Below are positions 36,978 to 47,518 of a DNA stretch of 64,000 nt, piece by piece. A model generated the notes under the pieces. The model worked only from the letters and a program-made list of their open reading frames with translations. It did not search any database and had not been told where the DNA came from. The position numbers and the translations under genes were made by a program. This DNA comes from an uncultured Oligoflexus sp. (lineage in GTDB: Bacteria > Bdellovibrionota_B > Oligoflexia > Oligoflexales > Oligoflexaceae): the NCBI GenBank assembly GCA_964236955.1, contig CAXSGP010000003.1, forward strand, positions 1 through 64,000, given 5' to 3'. Numbering within the stretch: the stretch's first letter is position 1; the number at the start of each line of letters is the position of its first letter.

Positions 36978-38675
36978 TCAGCTGTGCTTTAGTATTCCTT
37001 TCGCACTCGCGGCACTATGGCGGGCAACGCGAGCATTCTTCAATTCTTCAGAATATTTTCCCTTCAGAAGTAAATAAAACATTCGCATAACATAAAAGGG
37101 CACCATGATCTGTATCGTGGCTTCTTTGACTGAAACGCTGCCGTCTCGAAAAAGATAATGTCCGGCGGTCCCAACCATACCTGAAATGAAAAACGGTAAA
37201 AGCCAATAACTTTCCCAGGTCACAAGCGCGGCGACAGGACCACCAAAAAAGAAAACCAGAGAAATAAAATGAAAGATGAAATTGCCGACATTGGTATGCC
37301 TTAAGACAAAGCGATGCCAGTCACTCATTTTTTTGCTATCCAAATGCACAGGAATGGCCCAAGACCTAGGCTCAGGATGATCATGGACGAGTAGAGACGC
37401 ACGGGTTGGCAAATGCCGCTCGGCGCTAACCTCTTCCCAATAATAGAGCGATTGGGCTTTAAACCGATATTTTAGAAATAGTCGGTTGGTCATCTGGCAG
37501 GTAAGCACAAAGCCCATCATCGCATCAAGGGCATGGCCTAACGAAGACTTCACAGGGAGCCAAAGCCATAGGTATTGTATGATCTTGGTCAGGAGTGGCG
37601 AAAAGAGTTGGCCATGATCAAGTTCTTCAAGGCTCATGTAGGACTTGAAAATCACAGCCCCTGTCGGCGAGCGCATGATGTCTTTCCAGCTCACGCTCTC
37701 AACCGTTGCTATACGATTAACCTGAGCCCGAACAAGGATTTTGGGTGGGAGTGCAACTCGGAGATTCCTGTGAAGAAAATGAACAAGTAGGGACCGTGGA
37801 ATACCATAACGTGGCCAAGGCCTTAACGTTTTGTCCACAGGCGTGGGCGCAGTCTGGTTCGTTCCGGAAAGCGCCGCAATCAGTTGACTTACCTTATCGA
37901 CGGGAGTTTCCAGAATCCAGATGGCCTCATGAAGCTGTTTCGCTATCATTTCCGCTGTTAAAGGCTTGGGCGTGAGTTCAACCGTGGGGTCAGCCTGAAT
38001 TGGGTATTCTTTGTGATTTACAAAAAAGTGCTGTTCCTGTTTGCCCGACTTATCGATAGTCAGGTAGGACCCGGCGGTCAAGGCTTTGATGCCGCCAAAG
38101 GGAGTCGCGGTGGGATGGCTCACACTCAGCAGAGACTCAGCAAAATAGCGCGGATTAAGGCGCTTTTCCAAGCCGATCTTAGTAAAAAAAGCTTTAGTCT
38201 CCGAAGCGATATAGGCGCGACCCTGTTGTTGGGTGATATAGAGTGAAGCCAATCCCAGACTATCGCGGGCAGCAATCAGAAGCTCTTTTTGAGAATCCCA
38301 AATCACAAAGGCAAATTTTCCGGAAAATTCTGTAAAACAGGCAGGGCCAAACTCTTCATAAGCAAAAAGCAGAATTTCGTTGTCAGACTGAGCTCCAAAG
38401 CGAAATCCTCGATCGCTTAATTTGCGCAGCCAAAGCGAACGATCCGTAAGCTTTGCATCCGCAATGAGAGTGACCGTCCCAGCCTTATTAAAAAGCGGTT
38501 CAAATCGATTGCCTGAACAATCTGTTTGACCAAGTCCAACGGAGCTTCCCAACAGGGCATAGGAGGCGCCTTCCGTCAAGCTCGGAGATAAAGCCCGCGC
38601 CATGCTTTTCAAATCTTCTGATTGAATATCAGGAGCTTTGGGGGACGTCCTATAAATGGCAAGGATTCCGCACAT
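36978..38675 (-). CDS. Degenerate asparagine-synthetase-B-like protein fused to a C-terminal Mpo1/DUF962-like membrane domain
   Basis: MCGI, SDNE, G.FAFVIWD, ARD.LG..LY, ASETKA present; HRGPD, NGEIYN and SGGLDS absent; C-terminal H.N..N..FH...GH.LF. Confidence 0.7.
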   Translation of the reverse strand: MCGILAIYRTSPKAPDIQSEDLKSMARALSPSLTEGASYALLGSSVGLGQTDCSGNRFEPLFNKAGTVTLIADAKLTDRSLWLRKLSDRGFRFGAQSDNEILLFAYEEFGPACFTEFSGKFAFVIWDSQKELLIAARDSLGLASLYITQQQGRAYIASETKAFFTKIGLEKRLNPRYFAESLLSVSHPTATPFGGIKALTAGSYLTIDKSGKQEQHFFVNHKEYPIQADPTVELTPKPLTAEMIAKQLHEAIWILETPVDKVSQLIAALSGTNQTAPTPVDKTLRPWPRYGIPRSLLVHFLHRNLRVALPPKILVRAQVNRIATVESVSWKDIMRSPTGAVIFKSYMSLEELDHGQLFSPLLTKIIQYLWLWLPVKSSLGHALDAMMGFVLTCQMTNRLFLKYRFKAQSLYYWEEVSAERHLPTRASLLVHDHPEPRSWAIPVHLDSKKMSDWHRFVLRHTNVGNFIFHFISLVFFFGGPVAALVTWESYWLLPFFISGMVGTAGHYLFRDGSVSVKEATIQIMVPFYVMRMFYLLLKGKYSEELKNARVARHSAASAKGILKHS

Positions 38676-38829
38676 AGAGAACTCTTTTCCTAATTAGGGC
38701 GCTATGCTACCACTACGGGACGCAGGCTGTAAGGCAAAGTCCAAAGCAGCTTCCGCAATTTTATAATTTTACCCAATCAGAAGTAAACCATACACAGGAT
38801 TTACTAATAATTCGTGACGGAGTACCCCA

Positions 38830-39726
38830 ATGGAAGGCGTAGCTAAAAGTTCCAACCTGGCCTGGCGACAATTCAAAGAAACACTCAGTCTTTTGGCGCT
38901 TGCCTTTCGCCCGAAGCGATCACGTGCCGATCTTGTCTACAATATGCTTGGGACTCACAACAATCTGGCTGAAAAGAGCCTTTTTTTGAATCTGGGATAT
39001 TGGGCGCATGCGAAGTCTTATGACGCAGCATGCACGGCATTGGCGGATGAGCTTGCTAAAGCTGCCGGGGTCAAAGAGGGTCAGAGACTCCTAGACGCGG
39101 GCTGTGGTTTCGGAGATGCAGCGGCATTCTGGAGCCAAAAATACAATCTCCCCAAGATTCAAGCGCTAAACATCACCAAGAGTCAGATCGATGTCGCCCG
39201 CAATCGATGGGCGGGCGAGGCGGTCGAATTTGTCGAAGGTTCGGCTATGAGTATGCCGTTTGCCAATGCCGAATTTGATGCCGTTCTTGCTCTTGAATCC
39301 TCATTTCACTTTCCCGACCGTTTACAATTTTTCCGCGAAGCCTTGCGTGTGTTAAAGCCTGGGGGAACCCTCGCCATCGCTGATTTTTTTCCTTTGAATC
39401 AAAAAGTAGGCTTGGAACAGCGGCTCAAGGAGTGGGTAGGTCGAGGATTTTGGCAGATTCCCAGCGCCAACTGGATTGCTTTACAAAGAGTGGAAGGGCA
39501 GATCAAGGGTTTGGGCTTTGAATCAGTTTCGATCCGGGATATTTCACCTTTCGTCTTTAAGCCCTTCAAATCTTTCGCTCAGAAACGAGTTGAGGACCCT
39601 CAAGTCGCAGCCAGGCTCCATCCCATGCTTCGTAAAGTCTGGGGGGGGGAGCACAGCGGGCTTGAACGCTCCCAATATATGATCATGGTGTTTAAGAAGG
39701 GCGGGAAGGTGGGTTTGGCCATGTAA
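38830..39726 (+). CDS. Class I SAM-dependent methyltransferase (small-molecule/lipid type)
   Basis: LNLGYW, LLDAGCGFG, FDAVLALESSFHF, LRVLKPGG. Confidence 0.9.
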   Translation: MEGVAKSSNLAWRQFKETLSLLALAFRPKRSRADLVYNMLGTHNNLAEKSLFLNLGYWAHAKSYDAACTALADELAKAAGVKEGQRLLDAGCGFGDAAAFWSQKYNLPKIQALNITKSQIDVARNRWAGEAVEFVEGSAMSMPFANAEFDAVLALESSFHFPDRLQFFREALRVLKPGGTLAIADFFPLNQKVGLEQRLKEWVGRGFWQIPSANWIALQRVEGQIKGLGFESVSIRDISPFVFKPFKSFAQKRVEDPQVAARLHPMLRKVWGGEHSGLERSQYMIMVFKKGGKVGLAM

Positions 39727-39758
39727 TGGGTTGCAGGGGGTTTGGAAGAGGTACGGCT

Positions 39759-40391
39759 CTAATAGCTGCTTTGGCCACCGTTTTCCAAAGGTATCCTTAC
39801 GCCGCCTGAGATTCTTTTGATATCCTGGGCCTCGCCATTGGTCTTGTATGCAGAGAAATAACTTTGCATCTCCACGCCTTTGCCGCCCAAGTCCTTGCAG
39901 TTGGACAGTAGCCTCAAGCCCGCCTGACGAAACTGAACGTTCAATTCAAACAGGTGTTTATGATCAAACCAGGCGGTTTTATTCGCTCCATTCGAAGCCT
40001 CAAGTATGGATAGACAAAGACGGAACTGCGCATGATGAGGATGACCTCTGGTATAACCACAGCGAGCCATGGCATCGCGTTCGGCTTGACTCAAAGTCAT
40101 AAGTTCCTCGCGATTGAGGCCATCTTTGATCTTGATATTAAAACTGCCGTGAACCGATGCACTTTCAATATAGCGATAGGGATCCTCGCAAAAAGTTTGC
40201 CAATTGCCGATGCTTCGCAAGAGTCGGCTCATATCATCGCTTAGACTGTCGATAGCCTTTTGACTTTCAACGTCCCTTTCCTGCACATAGGTGTTGGTGA
40301 TATCGCCATCTCTAAAGGTGTAGAGAACCGAAGCAAAGCTCAGGCTAGTGAGAATACCTGTAAACCAATACTGAGACGGTGTCGCTGGCAT
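39759..40391 (-). CDS. Hypothetical protein with an N-terminal TM
   Basis: GAGGA RBS before ATG 40391; TM followed by a Cys-containing soluble domain. Confidence 0.65.
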   Translation of the reverse strand: MPATPSQYWFTGILTSLSFASVLYTFRDGDITNTYVQERDVESQKAIDSLSDDMSRLLRSIGNWQTFCEDPYRYIESASVHGSFNIKIKDGLNREELMTLSQAERDAMARCGYTRGHPHHAQFRLCLSILEASNGANKTAWFDHKHLFELNVQFRQAGLRLLSNCKDLGGKGVEMQSYFSAYKTNGEAQDIKRISGGVRIPLENGGQSSY

Positions 40392-40696
40392 ATAGGTTCC
40401 TCTGTAAACGCGCATGGGAGAGGGTGATGGGCAGTTAAGGGAAGAATTGGACGAAGGCAACACCCCAGAAGGATCCGACTGGAGTCGGATTGAGCTAAAT
40501 GACGGTTTGGGCCCGATGTATTCTTCTATATTAATATTTTGGCGCAGGCTTGCCAGCACGTCAATAGTGGGGGGATGGGCAGAGTCCTTCCTCTTCGTTA
40601 GACTGGAATGAGAGATCTCGGTTGGACCTATGCAAGCAGGCTCGGCTCAGGTTATTTTGCTTATTATCAGTTGATTCATGAGGCGATGACACCCCT

Positions 40697-42313
40697 ATGC
40701 GCTCAAAAATGGTTGTGGATCTGCAGACGGAAACTTTTGATGTCGCCATAGTCGGAGGTGGTATTAATGGGGCGGTGGCGGCAGCTTCCCTTTCCGCTGC
40801 GGGACTTAAAGTCGCATTGCTAGAAAAAGGTGACTTTGCCTCGAGTACAAGTCAGGAATCGTCAAATCTGGTCTGGGGCGGGATCAAGTATCTCGAGTCC
40901 TATGAATTCAGTCTGGTATGGGATCTCTGCCGGTCCCGTAATGAACTCATGCAGAAGTTTCCGAGTTCCGTTCGGGAAATCAGGTTTTTTACTAGTTTGC
41001 AAAAAGGCTTCCGCAAGCCCCGCTTTATGGTTTTCCTAGGAGCTGTCCTCTACTGGTTCATGGGACGTTTCTTTACCCAGGCACCGCGGCTTCTCTCCAA
41101 GGCCGCGATCAATCGCGAAGAGCCTTTGGTGGAAACGAATAATAGTCAAGGTGGACTAGAATACTCCGACTGCTATCTCCGGGATAATGATGCCCGCTTC
41201 GTATTTCAATTCATGCGGCGCGCGATGCGATCCGGTGTGAAAGCCCTCAACTATGCGGAAGTCGTCAAAGCCGAGAAGAACGATCTCTGGACGTTCGAAG
41301 TTCTGAACCGAGAGTCACAGACTCGATTTGCCGTGAAGGCCAAAGTCTTTATCAATGCGGCTGGACCCTATGCGGATGCGCTCAATCAATTAGCAAATGT
41401 TAAGACCGTTCATCGCCATATCTTTTCCAAGGGTGTACACCTTATTGTTCCCCGACTCACTGAGAACAAGCGTGTGCTCACTTTTTTTGCCGACGATGGA
41501 CGGCTCTTCTTCGTTATTCCCATGGGCGCTTGCTCGTGCATAGGGACGACCGACACCCCGGTCGACACTCTTCCCGCTACGGTAACCGAGGACGACAGGA
41601 GCTTTATCCTCGATAATATCAATAAACGACTGCGTCTTAAAAAGCCGCTGACTCGAGCAGATGTTCTTTCGGAACGCTGTGGTGTGAGACCCCTCGTTAA
41701 AAAACAAAATGATAAGGTCGGTGTCGACGACGATTGGATGAACCTTTCCCGGAAACATGTGATCGAGACTCAGCAGCAGATTAGACATATCAGCGTGTTT
41801 GGTGGGAAACTTACCGACTGCCTCAATATTGGTCGTGAGATCTGTGCCGATGTCGAGGACCTCGGTCTCAAATTGAAGTTAACGGGCGACTGGTTTGGAG
41901 AAAGTCCTAATCGGGCAGCGTTTGAGGCAGAAGCTCATGAACTCGGTCTTGCAGCCATACAATTGGCTGGCGAGGGGACCTTGGTCGACAGGCTCTGGCG
42001 CTGTTACGATAGCGATGCGTTGGCGATTCTCAAGCTGATTCGGGAAGATAAGAGTCTGCAAAAAGCGGTAAGTCCGCTGTCATCGGTCACTCTTGCCGAA
42101 TTTATACACATGGCTGAACGCGAAATGGTTACCCACCTTGAGGACGCCTTAAGACGCAGGACTCGTTTGGCATTGGTCGTCCCGCATAATGAATTGGCAT
42201 CCAGTGCCGATCTTCGTCGCGCCTGTGACCTGCTCTTTGGTGCCAACGGACAGAGAGAATGGGATCGTTATTTCAAATCTTCGACCGTGCCACCGGAGGG
42301 GGCCCATCGCTAG
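40697..42313 (+). CDS. glpD: FAD-dependent glycerol-3-phosphate dehydrogenase/oxidase
   Basis: IVGGGING, DFASSTS..SS.L..GG.KYL, DARF, INAAGP, KGVHL, GTTD, GVRPL, GGKLT. Confidence 0.88.
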   Translation: MRSKMVVDLQTETFDVAIVGGGINGAVAAASLSAAGLKVALLEKGDFASSTSQESSNLVWGGIKYLESYEFSLVWDLCRSRNELMQKFPSSVREIRFFTSLQKGFRKPRFMVFLGAVLYWFMGRFFTQAPRLLSKAAINREEPLVETNNSQGGLEYSDCYLRDNDARFVFQFMRRAMRSGVKALNYAEVVKAEKNDLWTFEVLNRESQTRFAVKAKVFINAAGPYADALNQLANVKTVHRHIFSKGVHLIVPRLTENKRVLTFFADDGRLFFVIPMGACSCIGTTDTPVDTLPATVTEDDRSFILDNINKRLRLKKPLTRADVLSERCGVRPLVKKQNDKVGVDDDWMNLSRKHVIETQQQIRHISVFGGKLTDCLNIGREICADVEDLGLKLKLTGDWFGESPNRAAFEAEAHELGLAAIQLAGEGTLVDRLWRCYDSDALAILKLIREDKSLQKAVSPLSSVTLAEFIHMAEREMVTHLEDALRRRTRLALVVPHNELASSADLRRACDLLFGANGQREWDRYFKSSTVPPEGAHR

Positions 42314-42359
42314 AGCCGCTCGGGCCTAGACAAGAGGCTGGAAATTAGAAGCGAACGGA

Positions 42360-42388
42360 TTGAGTCCTCTCAGGGCTCAATTTTTTTT
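42360..42388 (+). terminator. Intrinsic terminator
   Basis: ttgagtcct-ctc-agggctcaa followed by T8. Confidence 0.7.
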
Positions 42389-42932
42389 GCTTTTTTTGGA
42401 CGTCAGCCTGCCAGTGCTGAAACGCGCTCTTAAGATCTTTTTAGCGCATTTTCATAAGAATCTTGTACGTGGGGGTTAACTTTGTTATTCCCGAACCCAT
42501 TGAAGGGATTAATGCTATGGGGTTCTTTTTTCTATGCCACAAGTTATTAGTTAAAAAGGCTAGCTGTGAAGACAGTAGAGAGGAACTCTGTTACAGTTTC
42601 GGTAACGTGGGCAATCGACCTTCAAATAAAGGCTAATTTTTAGACCCGTCCAAATTATTCTTGTTCCATTGTCAAGTCTGCCTGGGGGAATGCTAGGCAC
42701 TTCCGCTTTTGTATGCCGCCTTGCCGGACCTGGGCTGTTTAATGAGAATCATAAGTTTTTTAGTTGAGTGTGCTTTTGTTTTTTCCCGTAAGATTTTGTA
42801 TGTTCGCTTTGGTAGGAAAGGGACATAATGCGCCTTGCTTATCGAACTGAGATCGATAGAATTTTTTAGTTTTCGGCAAATTGACCTATATTTCTTGGCG
42901 GTTTCTCTTCAGGCTGAAAGGATACGTAGCAC

Positions 42933-43319
42933 ATGTGGGTCGATCCAGATTCCTTCCATTATCTCCCGGTACTCATTCTTATGATCATTGGTGGTGTTGT
43001 AGGTGTTAGCCTTCTCCTCTTAAACTCCATCATGGGTGGTAAAGGGAAGTACTCCGAGTCCGCCAAATTTGAGGTCTATGAATGCGGCGTTCCTCCTGAA
43101 GGCAATGCTCGCCAGCAGTTTTCGGTACGTTATTACGTCGTCGGTATCGTCTTTCTTCTATTCGATGTGGAAGTCGTTTTCATGTATCCATGGGCCGTAG
43201 TCTATAAAAGATTCCTGACCCAGGGAAACTTCATCCTGACTCAGATGATTAGCTTTTTTATCATTTTGCTCGTGGGATACTTCTACCTGTTAGGCCGTAA
43301 GGGCCTCGACTGGGATTGA
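42933..43319 (+). CDS. nuoA: NADH-quinone oxidoreductase subunit A
   Basis: YECG, FLLFDVE..F.YPWA. Confidence 0.96.
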   Translation: MWVDPDSFHYLPVLILMIIGGVVGVSLLLLNSIMGGKGKYSESAKFEVYECGVPPEGNARQQFSVRYYVVGIVFLLFDVEVVFMYPWAVVYKRFLTQGNFILTQMISFFIILLVGYFYLLGRKGLDWD

Positions 43320-43342
43320 TTGCCTTTCAGGAGACTTGAATC

Positions 43343-43918
43343 ATGTCAAAAGATGGAAGTGCAGGCTTTATTCCAACTCGGTTGGATTATGCAGTTAAAT
43401 GGGCTCAAAAAAATTCACTTTGGCCGTTTACATTCGGTACTTCATGCTGCGGAATCGAATTGATGTCGACTCTGTCAGGCACTTATGACCTTGCGCGCTT
43501 TGGTGCCGAAGTCGTCCGCTTCTCGCCAAGGCAGGCCGATATGCTGATCGTCGCCGGTACGATCACCACTAAAATGTCCCCAGTGCTCCGTCAGGTTTAT
43601 GATCAGATGCTTGAACCTAAATGGGTCATCGCCATGGGCGCTTGTTCGTCCTCCGGTGGAATCTTCGATACCTATTCCGTTTTACAGGGCATTGACGAAA
43701 TAATGCCGGTCGATATTTACGTGCCGGGCTGCCCGCCTATTCCAGAGGGACTTATTCACGCGATTATGAAATTGCAGGACCTCGTCCAAACCGGCGGCAA
43801 ACGGCCCGCTATGCACCGTTTGACCAGAGCGGAAGCCAATGATGCGATGAGTTTCCGCAGGGAAACTCAGGAGAATTTGTTCGACGATTCGAAACCGCTT
43901 AAGGGGCAGTTGAAATGA
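43343..43918 (+). CDS. nuoB: NADH-quinone oxidoreductase subunit B
   Basis: SCCGIE, SPRQAD, MGAC, VPGCPP. Confidence 0.97.
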   Translation: MSKDGSAGFIPTRLDYAVKWAQKNSLWPFTFGTSCCGIELMSTLSGTYDLARFGAEVVRFSPRQADMLIVAGTITTKMSPVLRQVYDQMLEPKWVIAMGACSSSGGIFDTYSVLQGIDEIMPVDIYVPGCPPIPEGLIHAIMKLQDLVQTGGKRPAMHRLTRAEANDAMSFRRETQENLFDDSKPLKGQLK

Positions 43919-44466
43919 GCAAACTCAGTCCCAAAATACTTGCTGAACAGGACAGAGTTCACGGCCTTGCCCTCGAAATTTATCGTGGCAATCGAGTCGA
44001 GCGCGATGTCAACGCGGAGACGGTTCTCTGGGTCGATTCCCCGTCCGAACTGATTCAGGCAATCAAGACGCTCCGCATTGAAACCGGTCTGCAGATGGAT
44101 CGATTGTCCGATATCACCGCCTATGAAAATATCGATGGCCGCGACGGACCCAAACGCTTCATCATGGTCTACCAGCTCTATTCCATGCGTTTTAATGCAC
44201 GAATTCGCGTTAAGGTCGCTCTTGCCGAAAGCGAAAAGGTGCCGACCCTGACGAGCTTCTGGCGAGCCGCCAACTGGCTGGAGCGCGAAGTCTACGATAT
44301 GTTCGGCATCGTTTTTGATGACCACCCTGATCTCCGCCGCATCCTGATGGACGAACGCTTCGTGGGCCATCCTTTGCGTAAGGAGTACGATATGAAAGAC
44401 CGGCAGCCTTTTCCTGATAGCTTACCCGTTCGTATCGCCGCTCGGGCCGGGCAGGAGTCTAAATGA
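43915..44466 (+). CDS. nuoC: NADH-quinone oxidoreductase subunit C
   Basis: [29 protein letters not shown]. Confidence 0.96.
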   Translation: MSKLSPKILAEQDRVHGLALEIYRGNRVERDVNAETVLWVDSPSELIQAIKTLRIETGLQMDRLSDITAYENIDGRDGPKRFIMVYQLYSMRFNARIRVKVALAESEKVPTLTSFWRAANWLEREVYDMFGIVFDDHPDLRRILMDERFVGHPLRKEYDMKDRQPFPDSLPVRIAARAGQESK

Positions 44467-45686
44467 TAAAAGATATAAGGACGTCGCTGCTTGAGGAGCG
44501 GCAAAACCTCTCGGATTTTTATAATCCCCAGGTGATGATCAATATGGGGCCTTCGCACCCTTCGATGCACGGCACCCTTCGGGTGATGTGCCGCGTCAAC
44601 GGCGAAGTCGTCGAGGATGCGACCTGTGAGATCGGTTATCTCCATCGCGCTATAGAAAAACTCGCAGAACAAAAGACCTATCACCAATGGATAGTCTACA
44701 CCGATCGCCTGAACTACTGTTCGGCGCTGACTAATAACATCGCTTATGTGATGGCGGTGGAAGACCTTCTGAAAATAGAAGTGACCGAGCGTTGCCAATG
44801 GATCCGTGTGATCTGCATGGAACTGGCGCGCATCATCGATCACCTTATCTGTATTGCGATCAATGCCCTGGATATGGGTGCACTCACCTGTTTTTGGTAT
44901 CTCTATCACTGGCGTGAAGAGGCTTATACCATGATCGAAGCGATGTGCGGAATGCGTCTGACGACGTCCTACTCCCGTATCGGCGGTATGAGCTATGATC
45001 TGCCGGACAATTTCAAATCGATGATGACCAAATTTCTCAAAGGCCTGCCGAAGTCGATTGACGATGTCGAAAAGCTTTTGAGCGCCAACCGTATTTGGGT
45101 CGATCGTACGAAGGACGTCGGCATCCTGACCAAAGCCGAATGTCTCGACTTTGGTCTGACCGGGCCTGTGGCCCGCGCCTCGGGCGTTGACTTCGATCTT
45201 CGTCGCGATCGTCCTTACTACACCTATCCGGAACTTGATTTTGAAGTCGTGGTAGGGGTAAACGGCGATGTTTATGATCGTTATCTCGTGCGTATGGAAG
45301 AGATTCGACAGAGTGCTCATATTCTCGCCCAGTGCGTGAACAAACTGCCTGAGGGGCCGCTTTGGGTCGATGATCGCCTGATAAAAATCCCAGCCAAAGC
45401 CGATGTTTACAATAACATGGAAACCTTGATTCACCATTTCAAAATATTCATGGAAGGCATCGATGTTCCAGAGGGCGAGTCCTATAACTGCGTGGAATCG
45501 CCGAACGGCGAACTGGGCTTTTATATCGTCAGTCGCGGCGGGCCCAAAGCCTGGCGGACGAGGGTCAAGCCGCCTTCGCTGCTGCTCTTTCAGAGTTTCG
45601 AATATTCGATGAAGGGCGCCAAGATTCCGGATGCTGTATCCATACTCGGAAGCTTAAATATTATCGCTGGCGAACTCGATCGCTGA
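44463..45686 (+). CDS. nuoD: NADH-quinone oxidoreductase subunit D
   Basis: MGPSHPSMHG, IGYLHR, DRLNY, C-terminal GELDR. Confidence 0.97.
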   Translation: MIKDIRTSLLEERQNLSDFYNPQVMINMGPSHPSMHGTLRVMCRVNGEVVEDATCEIGYLHRAIEKLAEQKTYHQWIVYTDRLNYCSALTNNIAYVMAVEDLLKIEVTERCQWIRVICMELARIIDHLICIAINALDMGALTCFWYLYHWREEAYTMIEAMCGMRLTTSYSRIGGMSYDLPDNFKSMMTKFLKGLPKSIDDVEKLLSANRIWVDRTKDVGILTKAECLDFGLTGPVARASGVDFDLRRDRPYYTYPELDFEVVVGVNGDVYDRYLVRMEEIRQSAHILAQCVNKLPEGPLWVDDRLIKIPAKADVYNNMETLIHHFKIFMEGIDVPEGESYNCVESPNGELGFYIVSRGGPKAWRTRVKPPSLLLFQSFEYSMKGAKIPDAVSILGSLNIIAGELDR

Positions 45687-45701
45687 GAATAGGAGTCCTC
45701 C

Positions 45702-46187
45702 GTGATTATCGATCAGGAAATCAGCCTCAAGATGGATGGCCTGCGCGAATATCTGCCAACCGAGCAGTCGCTGCTTTTGCCCTTGCTTCATGAGATGCAG
45801 GCGAAAGAAGGTTGGATATCAAGTCTCGCGATCAAAGAAGCCGCTGCATATCTCAAGCTGCCGGTTGCGCGCGTGCAGGAAGTCGTGAGCTTTTACACGA
45901 TGTACAATAGAAAGCCGGTCGGCAAAAAACACGTCCAGGTCTGCACCAACGTCGCCTGCTTTTTGCGCGGTGCCGACGATTTGGTCGCCGGACTGGAAAA
46001 GCGCCTCGGCATCCACTGCGGACAAACCACGGCTGACGGCAAATACACTCTTACCGAAGTCGAATGCCTCGCGGCCTGCGGCACGGCTCCTGTTATGCAG
46101 GTGAATGATGACTACTATGAAAACCTCGATCATAAGGTTCTGGGGACTATCATGGATAAGTTAGATAGTGAGTTGAGTCATGGTTGA
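45702..46187 (+). CDS. nuoE: NADH-quinone oxidoreductase subunit E
   Basis: SFYTMY, VCTNVAC, ECLAAC..AP. Confidence 0.95.
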   Translation: MIIDQEISLKMDGLREYLPTEQSLLLPLLHEMQAKEGWISSLAIKEAAAYLKLPVARVQEVVSFYTMYNRKPVGKKHVQVCTNVACFLRGADDLVAGLEKRLGIHCGQTTADGKYTLTEVECLAACGTAPVMQVNDDYYENLDHKVLGTIMDKLDSELSHG

Positions 46188-47505
46188 AGTATGGTTGACT
46201 AAACATAACGAAGTTCCGGACTCGCATAGGATCGATGTCTATCGCTCGCTGGGTGGCTATCGCTCGCTTGAGAAAGCATTGACGATGGCTCCGGAAAGCG
46301 TAGTCGATGAAGTCAAAAAATCCAATCTTCGTGGTCGCGGCGGTGCGGGCTTTCCCACTGGGATGAAGTGGTCGTTCATGCCCAAGGCGCCGACCTTTGC
46401 CGATGGCCGTCCCAAACCCAAATATCTGGTTTGCAATGCCGATGAGGGCGAGCCCGGAACCTTTAAGGACCGTCTGCTGATGACCCGGCACCCTCATATG
46501 CTCATCGAGGGTATGATCGTCGCTGCGTATGCGATCGGCGCTTCCCTGGGCTTTATTTATATTCGCGGCGAGTTCGTCTTCGAAGCCAAGCGCGTCGAGG
46601 CTGCCATTAAAGAGGCCCGAGGCATGGGTCTTCTCGGCAAAAACGTCAACGGCACCGGATGGGCTTTTGATCTCGTTGTTTATCGCGGCGCGGGAGCTTA
46701 TATCTGCGGAGAAGAGACCGCTTTGCTCAACAGCCTCGAAGGCAAACGCGGTGAGCCAAGGCTTAAGCCGCCCTTCCCGGCGATGGTCGGTGCCTTTGGA
46801 ATGCCAACCTGTGTAAACAACGTTGAAACATTCTGCGCTGTCCCCTTCATCATCAATGATGGAGCCGCGAAATTTGCTGCGGTTGGCACGGAGCGATCAG
46901 GCGGCACCAGGCTCTTCTGCGTCTCGGGTCAAATCGAGAAACCAGGCATATACGAGCTGCCGATCAACATGAATTTGCGCGCCCTTATCGACCTCTGTGG
47001 AGGTGTCCTCGGCGGCAAAAAACTCAAAGCCGTTATTCCGGGCGGAGCCTCGGCACCGATGCTGAGTGCCGATGAGATCGATGTCGCTATGGACTTCGAT
47101 AGCCTTGCAAAGGCAGGCACCATGGCTGGATCGGGTGGGGTGATCGTCATTTCCGAAGAAAGCTGCATCGTCGAAGTCGCAGCGCGTTTGCTCAAGTTTT
47201 ATGAGCATGAATCATGTGGTCAATGCAGTCAGTGCCGTGAAGGCAGTCACTGGTTGGCCCGAATGTTCCATCGCATAGAGATCGGTCAGGGAACCGATGA
47301 GGATCTCGATGCAATCGCCGGCATCTGTTCTAACATGGCCGGGCAGACCATCTGTGCTTTCTCAGATGCGGTCACCGGTCCGGCGCTATCCTCGGTTCGG
47401 AAATTTCGTCACGAGTTTGAGGAGCATGTGCGGCTGAAGCGGTGCCCATGCAAGCCCGAGAATCATAGGATTAAACAAGATCATCACGCCAGCGCCATGC
47501 TTTGA
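46180..47505 (+). CDS. nuoF: NADH-quinone oxidoreductase subunit F
   Basis: LRGRGGAGFPTG.KW, NADEGEPG, GAGAYICGEETAL, ESCGQC..CR. Confidence 0.97.
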   Translation: MVEVWLTKHNEVPDSHRIDVYRSLGGYRSLEKALTMAPESVVDEVKKSNLRGRGGAGFPTGMKWSFMPKAPTFADGRPKPKYLVCNADEGEPGTFKDRLLMTRHPHMLIEGMIVAAYAIGASLGFIYIRGEFVFEAKRVEAAIKEARGMGLLGKNVNGTGWAFDLVVYRGAGAYICGEETALLNSLEGKRGEPRLKPPFPAMVGAFGMPTCVNNVETFCAVPFIINDGAAKFAAVGTERSGGTRLFCVSGQIEKPGIYELPINMNLRALIDLCGGVLGGKKLKAVIPGGASAPMLSADEIDVAMDFDSLAKAGTMAGSGGVIVISEESCIVEVAARLLKFYEHESCGQCSQCREGSHWLARMFHRIEIGQGTDEDLDAIAGICSNMAGQTICAFSDAVTGPALSSVRKFRHEFEEHVRLKRCPCKPENHRIKQDHHASAML

Positions 47506-47518
47506 GGGGAGTTGAAAG

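Noticed and set aside
42400..42930. ncRNA or riboswitch in the long nuo leader
   Set aside because: Only weak hairpins; no recognisable family
44292..45437. 381-aa minus-strand ORF
   Set aside because: Antisense shadow of nuoC/nuoD with no recognisable motifs. The same applies to the other long antisense ORFs across nuo and recA.
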